Shown: positions 52,210 through 64,000, counted from the first letter of the stretch. The stretch is DNA of 64,000 nt from Mobula hypostoma (GCF_963921235.1 NC_086108.1:14074001-14138000); one strand, 5' to 3'. A program made the numbers and translations. The notes: a model not told the origin generated them from the sequence alone.

Positions 52210-54280
52210 TCTTGATTCTAAGGATTGGGAGAAGAAGGCTTTAAGTTCCAGAGGAAATGAAGAGGGGCAAGAGAACTAAAGGAAAGGTCTATGATGAGGT
52301 GGCAGTCAAGATTGAATGATATGGCATGGTGCCAGCTGAGAAAATGTGGTGAGGGCTGATGAACAACACAATGTGTGTCTTGGGAAGATATAAATAGAAT
52401 AAAATCTGATCCACCAGATGAGGAGAGAAAAGTGAATATTGGAAACGTAAGCAGCAGGCTGGTTATCCGCAATAACTGAATTCAGTGTTGAGTCTGAAAT
52501 TCTGTGATGCCCCAAGTTGGGATATGAGCACAGTTCCACACGCTTACATTAGGCATCGTTGGAAAAAGTTGGATTGGAAATGGGAGGGAGAATTAAAGTG
52601 AGAGACAGCATGATATCAGGTTTACCCTTGTAGACCAAATGAAGGTGTCCGGTAAAGTTGTCACCTAGTCTGTGTTTGGTTTTAAAGCAGGCAACATTGT
52701 GAGTGGTGAATAAAGCACACAAACTTGGAAGAAATTCCAAAATGAATGTAATGAGAAGGGTGATGACAGACTGCTCTGGTGTGAGTGCCCCTTTGGAATT
52801 TTGAAATGTGAGTAGGTGCAAGTTGCTAGTACCACATTAAAGGTGTGAAAATTGGAGGCAGTTGGGATTGAATATGAGAACGAAAGGATTTCTATCTGTG
52901 CTCTGGGTGGGAAGAAAGGTTAGAACAGAAGCACAAGAAATGGAAGAGACGTGCTTTAGAGCCATGTTGACCTTGGGGGGGGGCGCGGGGGGAGTCCTAG
53001 TTGAGGAACCAAAGATGCAATGGAAATGGAGAAAATAGGAGAACCGAATTGAGTCTTTGTGGCAAACAGAGTAAGCTGCAAAAACAAACTTGCACTAAAC
53101 GTATAAGATCAAGGAATTGATTGTGGAGGTCAGGAAGTAGAAGTAGATGGAAGATGCCTAAGACCTCATTGAGAGATCAGCAGTGGAAAGGGTGAGAATT
53201 TTCTTCCTGGGTGTCAATATCTGAGAATCTACAAGTTTGTATCTTGAGCCCAGCAGATCATTGCGCTACAAAGAGGTCACAACAGCAGATATATTTCATT
53301 AGGAGTTTGAGATTTGGTATGTCACCAAATAGTCTACAGATACTGCCGAGAGCATTCTAACTGGTTATATCAGCTTCTGGTATGGAGCTGCAGAACTTAC
53401 AAATACAGCCAGCATCATCATGGGCACTCACCTCTCCAGCATCCAGGGCATCTTCAAAAGAGCTGCATCCATCATTAAGGACTCCCATCACCTAGGACAT
53501 GCCCTCTTCTCATTGCTACAATTAAAGATGAGGCACAGGAGTCTGAAGATGCACACTCAACATTTTAAGAACAGCTTCTTCCCCTCCGCCATCCTCTTTC
53601 TGAATGGACATTGAAGCCGGAAACACTACTTCACTATCTTTTTCTCTTTTTACACTAATGGTATCTTATTGTAATGTATTTTTTTAATGATGTATTCCAC
53701 TGTACTGCTGCCACTAAACAACAAATTTCATGACAAGTCGGTGATATTAAAGCTGATCTGATTTAGAAGTAGAAGTGTATTTAAACAAAACTGGTTGCTA
53801 ACCTGTCAACTGAAAAGCAGAGAAAGGGGTTGAGGAACCGAATGGAAATGTCAGAGACAAGTGAGAACAAGGTGGAAATTGACAGTGACAGCTACACAAT
53901 TTTTCAGTTTTGTACAAGAAGCAGTGCCAATATAACCACTAAGGTAAAGAAAAATGAATCCAGAAGAAGCTCTGTGTAGGATCAAAACAAAGGTCGTTCC
54001 ACATCTCCCGCAGGGAAAGGCACAGCTTGAGCCCACATGAGTTCCACCTTCTGAATGAAAGGAACTGAGAGAGTGGCAAAAGGAGGAGTTCAGTGAAATG
54101 AGGACAGCTCAGTCAGATGGACAGTGGTGGTTCAAAGCGACTGGTTGGACCTCTGCTCTAGTAGGTAAAGGGTACTCAGACCACCCTGGTATGAAATGGA
54201 GGTACAGAGGGATTGGGTGCCCATGCTGGAGCAGAGCTAGTTAGGGTCTGAGCACTGGAAACAATCAAAGCAGTCGAGAG
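52210..54280 (-). mobile_element. Degenerate Penelope-like element split by a + strand Rex-like 3' fragment (about 53080-53762)
   Basis: KHRLGDNFTGHL (GIY-YIG remnant) and an RT-like remnant near 54030. The insert has SIIKDSHHLGHALFSLL...KNSFFPSAI. Confidence 0.6.
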
Positions 54281-55014
54281 CATTGCTAAATTCTGATTAC
54301 ATTGGAGACTCACCAGAATGCTGCTTTACTTGGAATGTTTTAGCTGGAAGGTGAGACTGGATAGGCTGGGTTACAAGCAGCATGAACAGAATTGAGAGTG
54401 ATCATTTTTTTCAATAGCAGGGCTGTTAGTGATGGGAAATTGGGGTTTAAGATACTAGGCACAAGATTTAGGGGGAATCCAAGGAAACACCTTTACACTT
54501 AAAGGATAATCGGTATCCACACCACACTGCCAGTTTGTGTAATGAAGGCAGAAGCTCTCAGTATTGAAGAAGTAAACAACAAGAAGTAGAACCATTAAGG
54601 TATATTACGCTATCAACCAAGTGTTAGTAAATGGGGCAAAAGCTGAGCTGCTGCAGGAACACTGGTGGTCAGTCAGCATCTATGGAGGGAAATGGATGTT
54701 CCCATCGATCCACTTTGCCTCCCTTATTTGGTTCCTCTCTACCATCTTTTCTTGTCAGACTCCAGAACTGGCAATACTTTATTACATTTGTACCTCCACC
54801 TGTCACCTCCCAGCCTCTGTTACTATCTCCACTCTTTCCTCCCCAATCTGACTTTGTCAGCCAATCAACCCTTCCTCACCTGGATCTACCTATCACCTGC
54901 AAGCTCTTGACTCACTCCTCCCTCTTGACAATTATACTGACCATCTTTCCTCTATCAGTTCAATTGAATTGTTTCAACATGAAACATTGACTGTGCATTT
55001 CCCTCCTCGCATTT

Positions 55015-55430
55015 CAGAATCGGGTTTAATATTATTGGCGTATGTTGTCAAATTTGTTGCTATGAGGCACCAGTACATTACAGTACATACTAATAAAAAC
55101 AGTAAAAATATATATCTAAAAAATTAAATTAATTGGGTAAAAAGAGGGGAGAAATAGTGAGCTGGTGTTCATGGGTTCAATGTCCTTTCAGAAATCTGAT
55201 GGCAGAGGGGAAGAAACTATGCCTGAATTGTTGAGTGTGATCCTTCAGGCTCCTGTACCACCACCTAGATAGTAGCAATGAGAAAAGGGCACGGTCTGGG
55301 TGACGGAGGTCCTTAATGATGGATGCTGCCTTTTTGGAACACCTTGCCTTGAAGATCTCCTGGATGCTAGGGAGGCTAGTGCCCATGATGGAGCTGACTG
55401 AGTTCACAACTTTCTGCAGCTTATTTCAAC
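55015..55430 (-). mobile_element. Rex1/Babar-like 3' fragment
   Basis: KKAASIIKDLRHP...SFFPSAIRFL. Confidence 0.8.
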
Positions 55431-57842
55431 CATTGGATATGACTCCTCAGATGCTGTCCATTCTGCTGACTACCTCCAACAGCTTGTTTTTAGCTCCATA
55501 TTCCAATACCTGCAAGAGGTGGCAATGGAGATAATGGATCAACTTCCAAAATATCATACATCTGAGAACACTTCCTTGAAGCTGCAGTTGTTTCTGACTT
55601 GCTGCATCTCCAAGCAATGTTTTCTGGCATAACCAGTCCTTGTGCTGAAAAATACTGGAAGGAGTTCAAAACAGCCCCCACTTGGCAAGTGACGAATCCA
55701 TTGGCGACCTCACCCACTGGCACCAGGGCTGTTTTGATGAAAAGAGAAAACAATGCTTAGATTTGAAATATCCCCAGATTGAATGGAGGAACTTGCTGCA
55801 CTTGGAACATCAACATTTCATGGCAGCAAATAAAAGAGGTGCTCAGGGAGAAAAACTCAAAGATCTATATTATCAAAGAAAATTTGGTGAAAATACAAGA
55901 AGAAGGAGATCCAGCTCTATATTGATAAATGATATTTGGAGCTCTTTCCAGGTCAACAGTTCATTTATGGTTCAATGCCCTTGGGTTCCTCCCTGGTTTG
56001 GAGGATATGTGCTTTAAGAAAAGTTTTGGCAAGCTGGGGCTATTTCCTCTATACCAGTGGTGGCTGAGGGCAGATTTGATATTAGTTTATAAAATGATGC
56101 ATAGCGCAAATAGAATAAACAGCCAGCATTTTTCCCAAGATTGAATCTCTGATACTAGAGGGCATATATTTAAGGCGAGAGGGGCAAACTACAAAGGAGA
56201 TGTATGGGACAAGTTTTCTTTTAAACCAGAGGTTCTCAGCCTTTTTTAAGTCATGGATCCTTATTATGAACTGAATGGTAACCCCTGTGGGTTGGTAGCA
56301 TGCACTGCCAGCTATGGGGGTGGAGACAGAGAGCATTGGAGTTTTTAAAGAGATTCTTTAATAGATACATGGATATGCTGAGGAGAGAAGGATATGGACA
56401 ATAGGATAAGAGGGATAAGACACACCGAGAGGGATAAAAGCCAAGTCCTGCCAAAGAGAATCATTCACTTCCCCTAAACTCAAGAATGTGTCAAGTAAGC
56501 CAATAGTCATGAGGCTTCAGAAGGAAATGTTTTGCCAGTTAGTCTTCATGGCTGGGGATAGGGAATTGGTTTCATGAACTTATTTTTTTTGGAATATGGG
56601 ACAGAAAGTGGAGGAAAACCAACACATTGATTTCATTAAGAATGGAGACATGCCATTGTGGAAATTTTTGAGAGATTGGCTTGTGCTTCACTGTCCGGAA
56701 GTCAACCTGGAATCTTAAGGAGAATGTTAGAAACTGCATCCAGACCTGTGCATTTCCTCCGTGACCTTGACAAGACTTTGACCCAGTGCAAAGATATTGA
56801 CAAGGGTATTGTCTTATGAAAGATAGTGACTAGATTTGATTTCCCAACCCAATACAACAGATTTCTAAAGCTTTTGTTGTCCATTCTCTGTATAGATCAC
56901 GGTTAGTTTCATATGTCCTTTAAACAGCTTTCAAGTTAGCTCTCATCACTCTGTCCGGTTACCTCAGGAATTATTTAATCCTCACCAAAGGCTACTTCCA
57001 CATTGGAATTTGATTTGAGTAAGTGCAATGAGAGTTCTTTACTATTTTTAAACACTCAGGTTTCTAAGACATCTATCTGATGAACCAACCATTCTTGTTT
57101 ACACCAATGACCATCTCAAGTCTGCATAAAATCCCTTTGCTGAGGCTTGGCCAGTTCAGGAACTCTTCCTCTATACAAGAAGGTCAAGGTAGCTTATTAG
57201 CCAGCTCAAGTTCCTGAAAATGACTCTCTCTGATTTTCACTGAGAGATAGACCCTGGAGACAACTCCTTTCCTCAGTGGTCACCTCCTTTCCTGTGAGTG
57301 TCGCTGGTGAGATTCGCCACTGAATCAGTTCTAGTTGAAACTATGAGGCCAACAGAGAAATTGAGCTGGATTTGCCAGACAGCCTTGGTTTTAAAGTTTT
57401 GGTCTCTTCTTTCCAGTGGTATACCTTGGAATGCTATCAACAGTGGAAGGTCATTTGTTCTACTTGAATGAAAGACCACAAACATGTCTGATTTCATATG
57501 AGTAAAAATCATAATACACTGCTTGTAGACAACTGCTATCTCCATTCCTATTTGTGAGGTACAACAGGAGTTTAACATGTCATTGGAAGCCATGAAACAA
57601 CTGGCAGAATATGTGAGGTTGCTGCAGCTATGTGAAACTAGAATCAGAAGGTCATACAGCAGGGAACGGGCTCTTCCGCTCAATTCATTCATACCAACAA
57701 AGGTGTTGTCCTGACCTAGCCCCACCTGCCTGCATTTGGCCCATATTCTTCTAAACTTTTTCTATCTGTACCTGTCTAAATGCCTTTTAAACATGTTTAA
57801 AACCCCTGTTTTTTCAGTCCTGAAGAAGGGTCTCAGATCAAA

Positions 57843-57896
57843 ATGTCAATTGTTTATTCATTCCCGTAGATGTCAATTGTTTATTCATTCCCGTAG
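57843..57896. repeat. Perfect 27-bp tandem duplication
   Basis: ATGTCAATTGTTTATTCATTCCCGTAG x2. Confidence 0.95.
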
Positions 57897-58179
57897 ATTC
57901 CTCCAGGATTCTGTGTATGTTGCTTTAGATTTCCAGCATCTGCATGTTTATCTTTGGCCTTCATGCCTGTGGTGAACACTATGTTCAATTAAACTAAATC
58001 TCTTCTGTCTATATGTGATCCATATATCTCCATCCTTGCGGATTCATATGTCTATTTTTTAAGCAGCCTCTTAAATGTCACTATTGTATCTACTTCCATC
58101 CCTCCTCCTGGCAGTACATTCCAGACATCTAGCAGTCTCTGTGTAAAATAAATTGCCCCACACATCTCCTCTGAACCTA

Positions 58180-58450
58180 AAAACAAACAAGAGAATATCT
58201 GCAGATGCCGGAAATCCAAGCAACACACACAAAATGCCGGAGGAACTCAACAGGCCAGGCAGCATCTATGGTGAAAAGAACAGTCGACATTTCGGGCAGA
58301 GACCCTTCGGCAGGACTGAAGGAAAAAAAATCTACTCCTCATCATATTTTCTCCCGTCCTTCTGAAAGGTCTCGGTGTGAAACGTCAACTGTACTTTTTT
58401 CCTTAGATGCTGCCTGGTCTGCTGAGTTCCTCCAGCATTTTACGTATGTT
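58180..58450. mobile_element. Palindromic Penelope-derived non-autonomous element
   Basis: Inverted arms about 58218-58325 and 58350-58450. Flanked by CCTCTGAACCTA / CCTTTGAACCTA (58168-58179 and 58451-58462). Confidence 0.75.
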
Positions 58451-59869
58451 CCTTTGAACCTAGCTTTTTATCTTAAATTGTATGCCCTCTAGTTCTACAC
58501 GTTTTGACCCTAGGAAAAATATTCTATGAGCCCAAAAATAATTTATGCACTATAATTTCATAATTATATAAACTTGTATCAGTTCTCTTCTCAGCCTCTG
58601 ACACTCCAATGAAAAGACAAGTTTGTCCATCCTCTCTTTGAAACACATGCCTCATAATCCAAGCCACATCCTAGTGAACTTCTTGTACACCCTCTTTAAA
58701 GGCTCCACATCTTTCTGGTAACAGTATCACACAGTACTTCAAGTTCAGCCGAACTGAAGTTTTATACAGTTCCAACATGATTTCCTTATTCTTACACTCA
58801 GTGTCCCAACCAATGAAGGCAAACCATCCTATCTACCCTTTCAGGGGGATATGGACTTGGACACCCTCAAGATCCCTCTGTGTAACAATATTGTTAAGTG
58901 TGCCATTTACTGTATATAGTAGACCTCCCAAAGTACAATACCTCATACTCCATCTGCCCAGATCTATAACTGACCTATTTCTAAGACTTGTGAAAAATAA
59001 TTGTAAAGACAAAACAATCAGTATTGAGTGAGTGGAATGTTGGGTTACTTGGCACAAGGGGGAATTGTCCGGTATAGAATGATTGTGAGCAAACGGTGCA
59101 GGTGCTCCTCTTCAGCTTCTCTAAACTGAGCTTCCCCTCATTAGGAAACAAGCAATGGAAACAAGAATTGGAATTACAGTGCAGAGAAACCAGGGGTGAC
59201 ACTTCCAGCCCAGGGGTTTTCCTGGAGATGTGCAAGGAGGGAGTCAGACAGGAGCTCAGAAGCTTGGACAATGGTCTAAGAAAAGACACTAGAGTCTTCA
59301 AGAGGTCTGGACAGATGTAAGAAGGAATTGAAAGAGTTCAATTAAAATCACAAGAGGTTCTGCAGATGCTGGAAGTCTTGAGTAACACACACACACACAC
59401 ACAATGCTGGAGAAACTCAGCAAGGCAGGAAGCACCTATGGACAGGAATAAATAATCCATCTTTCGGGACCAGACCCTTCATCATTACAAAAAAACAGAA
59501 TGCAGCATGTACTTAGCGGAGCATCTGTGCAAGGACAAACAGTTGAAAATTTTTTAAAAAGCAACTGAAGATATTGGAAATCTGAAATTAAAATAAAGCA
59601 AAAAAATACTGGAAGTACTGGGCAGGTCAGGCAGCATAGACCTGAAACATTAACTGGTTTCTCTCTCACAGATGATGGCTCACCTGTTGAATGCTTCCAG
59701 TATTTTCTGTTTTTGAATTTATCGATTTTCACGCAAAGACCATGGAGATTTAATACATGCCTAGAGGTAAATAAAGACAAGTGAATGATGGGGGACTGAA
59801 GGAATCACGCGATACACAAATCTAATGGAGTTGTGTGTGTAAGGATAACTATCAACCAGGAATACAAGG

Positions 59870-60800
59870 TAGTCAGCGTGAATTTAACAGGATTAGGACG
59901 ATAGAAGTGCGGCTGTTCCCGATGTGTGTGTGTGATCGTGTAAAAGAGATGGATGAGTATGAATCATCTTCGAGGTGTGGATGGGTTCGGATGCAATGGG
60001 AAGGACGGCTATGTGTCAGTATTGGGGGAGGGTGTGGGGAGCTGCAGCGAGCGGATGGGCAAGGTTTGAATGTGGAGCAGCGACGCTTTGAGGGAGCGGG
60101 CTGTGGTGGGCAGTCGCTGCCGTGCCGCACCTTGTCCCACAGGCGGCAGTGTGAGGCTGTCCGGGGGCGCCAGGGCGCTGGCTGCGACCTCGGCGGATCC
60201 ACGGTCACCCGGCAAACGGAGAGCCCGCGCACATCAGCGCCCGGCCGGTCGCAGGTTCGATCCTTCGTGGGGGCGCACAGTAAGGAACATTTCTCGACAT
60301 CGTGCTTTGTTTTGTATTGCCTTTGGATGAATGAATCGTGTGGATGGGTTCGGATGTGTTTTACACTGCAGAGAGACAAAAAACCTACCCGCTGTAGTCA
60401 ACGGAGGGTCGTCCTGATTTGGAACGAGGGAGGAAAGGACGATGGAGTGGGGGAGGAGGGAGAAGGAGAGGGCAGAGTGAGTGAGTGAGTGAGGGAGGGA
60501 GGCAGGGGGGGCCGGGGTTTAGAGTCCAGCTGGGCGCAGGTCGGAGGTCATCCCCAGTTGTGGCGAGCGTGACCCCGAGGCGGTGGCGGCGGCGACGAGC
60601 GCCCTCCCTCCATCACTTTCTCCTCTCCATCCGTCCGCCGGTAGTGAATGAAGCACTGGGCCAGCGAGAGGGAGCCCGGCAGTCATTGTCCAGCCTCGCC
60701 GTCTGTCTGCGGACGAGAGTGAGTGCGGGGGGCGAGGGAGGGACAGCGGATCAACATCCCCACAACCCTCGCCCCCCCGTCCCTTACTCTCTATCGCGCT
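59870..60800 (+). promoter_or_regulatory. CpG island / probable promoter with candidate non-coding first exon(s)
   Basis: Locally GC- and CpG-rich against a CpG-depleted background. Donor-like sites CA|GTAAGG (60280) and GA|GTGAGT (60719). Lies 1-2 kb upstream of the acceptor at 61810. Confidence 0.65.
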
Positions 60801-61099
60801 CCATTCTTCCCTCACATCAGCTCCCCCTCTCCGTTCCTCCATCTCCAGCCTCATTCGTCCTTCTCTTCTCTGTTCGTTTACTTTTCCCTCTTGAACCAAC
60901 CCTCATCTCTCACATATCCCTCTTATCTCCGTCACCCATCCCCTTACCCAAACCCCCTTACCCAACCCCCTCACCCAAATCCCTTACTCCCCTCAAATTC
61001 CCCTTCTCCTTTTCTCAAACCTCACACTTCCCCCTTCTTTCCTTGCCACTTTTACCCGTTGCCTATCATTGCCCATATTCCTCACCCTTTTCCCCATAA

Positions 61100-61660
61100 A
61101 ATATAGGAGAATTATTCAGCCATTCAGCCCATTGTGTCTACTCCACTACTCGATCAAAGCAGATCTTTTTTTCAACCCCAGTTTCTCACCTTCTCTCCAA
61201 AACCTTTAATCCTCTTAAATACAATCAATCTCTGCCCTTAAATACACCCAATAACTTGGCCTCCACAGCCCTCTGTTGTAGCAGTTTCCACAATCTCAGC
61301 ACTCTCTGGCTAAAGAAATTCTTCCTCATCTCAGTTCTAAAGGGACAACCCTGTACCCTCAGACATAAGACTCTTCTACTAATGGAAAAATCCTCTCTAT
61401 GTTCATTCTCTCTTGGCTTTTCAGTATCAAACATTCTCCACAGGTTCTGAGCCAAAAATTGCACAGAGTGCACCAAATGTGGTCTGACCAATCCCTTCTA
61501 TAGCCTCAGCAGTACATCCTTGCCTTTATATTCTAGTTCCCTCGAATTTAATATCACTGTATTTGCCTTCTTCCCTACCAGCTCAGTCTGCAAATTAACT
61601 TTAAGGGGATCCTGAACTAGGACTCCCAGGTCCCTTGCAGCTCCTACTTTTGAAAATTCA
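61100..61660 (-). mobile_element. CR1 3' fragment between the CpG island and the ATG exon
   Basis: VRPHLVHSVQF, MRKNFFSQRVLRLW motifs. Confidence 0.85.
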
Positions 61661-61810
61661 CCATCCATATCCTAATCCCCCCTCTCTGCATCTGTCACCC
61701 TTCTGATTCCTCAGCCATCCTATTCCCCTCTCCTTCCCTCTTGCCACTTGCCCACCTTCCTACCTCCCTGAACTGCTCAGCCATCTCAGCTGCCTGCTCT
61801 CTCTCCACAG

Positions 61811-62131
61811 GATGGCTCGGTTTGGGGAAGCAGTGAGCGGTTTGTCTGCCGATGCCAGCCCGGAGCAGGGAAAGAGCCGACACCAGGTGCCGGTGAGTGG
61901 GGAAACGGCCGCGGCGGCAGCCGCAGCAGGAGCAGCAGCAGCAGTGGCAGCAGCAGCGGCGGCACAGGGCTCGGCTGGTTTCAAGCAGAGCCGGGCACAG
62001 CGGGCACGCACCATGGCTCTCTACAACCCCATCCCTGTTCGACACAACTGCTTGACCGCGAACAGATCCCTCTTCTTGTTCGGAGAGGATAACATCATCA
62101 GGAAGTCAGCCAGAAGAGTCATCGAATGGCC
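61811..62131 (+). CDS. CACNA1E: Voltage-gated calcium channel Cav2 alpha-1 subunit (CACNA1E/doe-1-like): exon carrying the canonical start codon (ATG 61812)
   Basis: Translates MARFGEAV...[50 protein letters not shown], the Cav2 N-terminus up to IS1. MARFGEAV is the Cav2.3-type start. Pyrimidine tract + CAG acceptor ends at 61810; U12 donor ATATCCTT starts at 62132. Confidence 0.92.
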
Positions 62132-62140
62132 ATATCCTTC
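62132..62140 (+). other. U12-type (minor spliceosome) AT-AC 5' splice site
   Basis: ATATCCTTC immediately after the TGG CC (WP) codons matches the /ATATCCTT consensus. Channel similarity stops exactly here. Confidence 0.9.
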
Positions 62141-64000
62141 CACATCTACTCGCCCGAGCAACTGTCTTTGTTGCGTCTCACCCAATCCACCACCTTCCCG
62201 CTGCCATCTCATCCCAAATCTCAGAGTGCTACAGATCCGAAACTGCCCTTCGGCTCACCACGTCATGTCCACCTTTCTGTCCATTTATACTATCCCCATT
62301 TGCCTGCATTAGGACATTATCCTATTGTGTCTGCTTGCACCATGACCTCTGGCACTAAGTTACAGATATCAATCACTCTCTGTAAAAAAGAACTTACCTC
62401 CCAGATCCCTTTTAAATTTCCTTTCTCTCACTATAAACTCACTATAACTCTTGTTTTTATTAAAAGTACTGTGGGGAAAATACTTCTGAGTATTTACCCT
62501 ATCTACACATTTCATAACCTTATATACGTCTACCAGGTCATCCTTCACTCAAGAAAAAACAAGCCCAGCCTGCCCAATCACTTCCCATCACTAAATCCTT
62601 CAATCCAGTCAACACTCCAGTAAACCTCTGCTGCCCTGTCTCCAGAGCAGTCACATCAGAACTGCACACAGCACTAGTGTTTTCTAACATGGTGACATAC
62701 TGCCCAACTTTTACTTTATATTCGACATCCCGATTTTATGTTGGGGCATGGAATATCTTCCCATTCATCTGTCCCACCATGAACTCAGCCCTGCCACCCA
62801 TCCGCTCATCCATTCCCCCCCCCCCGCATTCCCCCAACTTTCCTCATCTCTCAGTGACTGTTCAATGATGTGTAACACATTCATTCCCTAGTTTCACGTC
62901 TCTGCATCTTTGCCCAAGCCGCCACAAGAAAATCCCAAGTACACTGATGGAACTAGATCAGCCCAGGTGCTGTTTCTTTGTCATTTCACGAAGAAACAAG
63001 GGAGCGTTAAATGGGGGTGCTGAGAAACTCTGGTCCATGGAAGCTGCTGTCCCTGTTACAAAAGCTAGGGTAAAACTGAAAGTTTCCCTGACCTGGAAAT
63101 GTGGCCCTGGCTGGTGCACTTCATAGATTTCAATGTCAGACATGTGGCTTTATGTTGTATTCTTGACATATTGTAGAAAATTTTCATCTGCTGGACTGAG
63201 CTATTAAATGGCTTCGCTACTTGTTTCAATCATCAATGCAGGTAATTTTTTTTTTACCATTTAATCAGTGTGTGAGAGTACATTGTTATGCAGAATTGTA
63301 ATGAGGTAAGCTAACTTGTAGCTGGCATTAACACTGCTTCTTGATTTGTTGATTTGACTGGATGCCTTCAGTGAACTCTTAAGAGATTTTCTCTGAATTT
63401 CTCCTCCACCCAACTCACAATTTGTGATGCACCTTGAAATGTGGTAGTGTTAGCACAAGCCTTCACCCAGAGTTGCCTCATGATTATACTTGTGCTTTCA
63501 CTGTGTACCGCTGTCTAATGCCAGTTAAGAATGGGTCTTTTACTGTAGCCCATGGTTGGATCAGGTTGGTTTCTGCTTTTGGTTGATCCCAAATGGTGAT
63601 GGAATATGTTGTTGGCAGTAGTTGTTGCCTGATACCTGAGTAGTACAGAAATGTTAAGCACTTTATAAAATTAATATATGTGCACATTTCAATTTAAGTA
63701 TACATTTCCCATCCTGGGAGTATTTCGGGAAGGAAGAGTAGACCAACTTTCCGATGCCAATCCAGTGCTGATGAAGGAACGGTCAATATGTTTCCAAGTA
63801 GACACAGTGCAAGACCTGGAGATGAGGGTTTATCTTGGAAGAAATATTAAGCTTCTTGTTTGTGCATTTGTACATGTTTGAATGACAACATAGTCACGGT
63901 GTTGCTAAATTTTAGTGCTTGTTTGCTCAAGAACTGAATGATTGAAGGGAAGCATCTGTTCTTGAACTTGAGAGTGTAGCTTTCTGCTTGATGGTATGGA

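Larger units (their letters stand above)
57640..58980 (-). mobile_element. CR1 3' fragments with nested Penelope-derived repeats
   Basis: TQRDLEGVQVH and CR1 3' UTRs; inserts at about 57805-57945 and 58180-58450. Confidence 0.7.

Noticed and set aside
60155..60250. REST/RE1-like half sites (GCTGTCC, TCAGCGCC); also near 63015-63055 and 21258-21276
   Set aside because: None matches the full 21-bp RE1 with correct spacing; the 21258 site lies in a CR1 tail.
59835..61106. Several ORFs of 120-217 aa in the CpG island
   Set aside because: Stop-poor GC-rich and low-complexity DNA; no recognisable protein.
62132..62312. C-terminal part of ORF 61812-62312 (YPSTSTRP...)
   Set aside because: Read-through into the U12 intron; channel similarity ends at WP.
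1..64000. Prokaryotic systems, CRISPR arrays, rRNA or true tRNA genes
   Set aside because: None seen. The tRNA-like boxes belong to SINE heads and the RT fragments belong to eukaryotic retroelements.

Overview
This is vertebrate genomic DNA, most likely from a cartilaginous fish (ray). Most of it is decayed transposable elements: CR1 LINEs, Rex1/Babar-like LINEs, one full-length but frameshifted L1, an RTE, Penelope-like elements, V-SINEs, a solo LTR, and hAT and PIF/Harbinger MITEs, often nested. The only host gene I can recognise is the 5' part of a Cav2-family voltage-gated calcium channel alpha-1 gene on the + strand (CACNA1E/doe-1-like). Its MARFGEAV exon (61811-62131) is preceded by a splice acceptor and ends at a U12-type AT-AC donor (ATATCCTT). 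A CpG island with candidate non-coding first exons lies about 1-2 kb upstream. About 39 kb further upstream, a unique open exon (22575-22993) would splice in frame to it and add at least 137 aa to the channel N-terminus. Penelope-derived repeats across the window carry a degenerate minimal hammerhead-ribozyme motif, some in palindromic arrangements. All family assignments come from recognised motifs, not database searches. TE boundaries are approximate unless a target-site duplication (TSD) is quoted.
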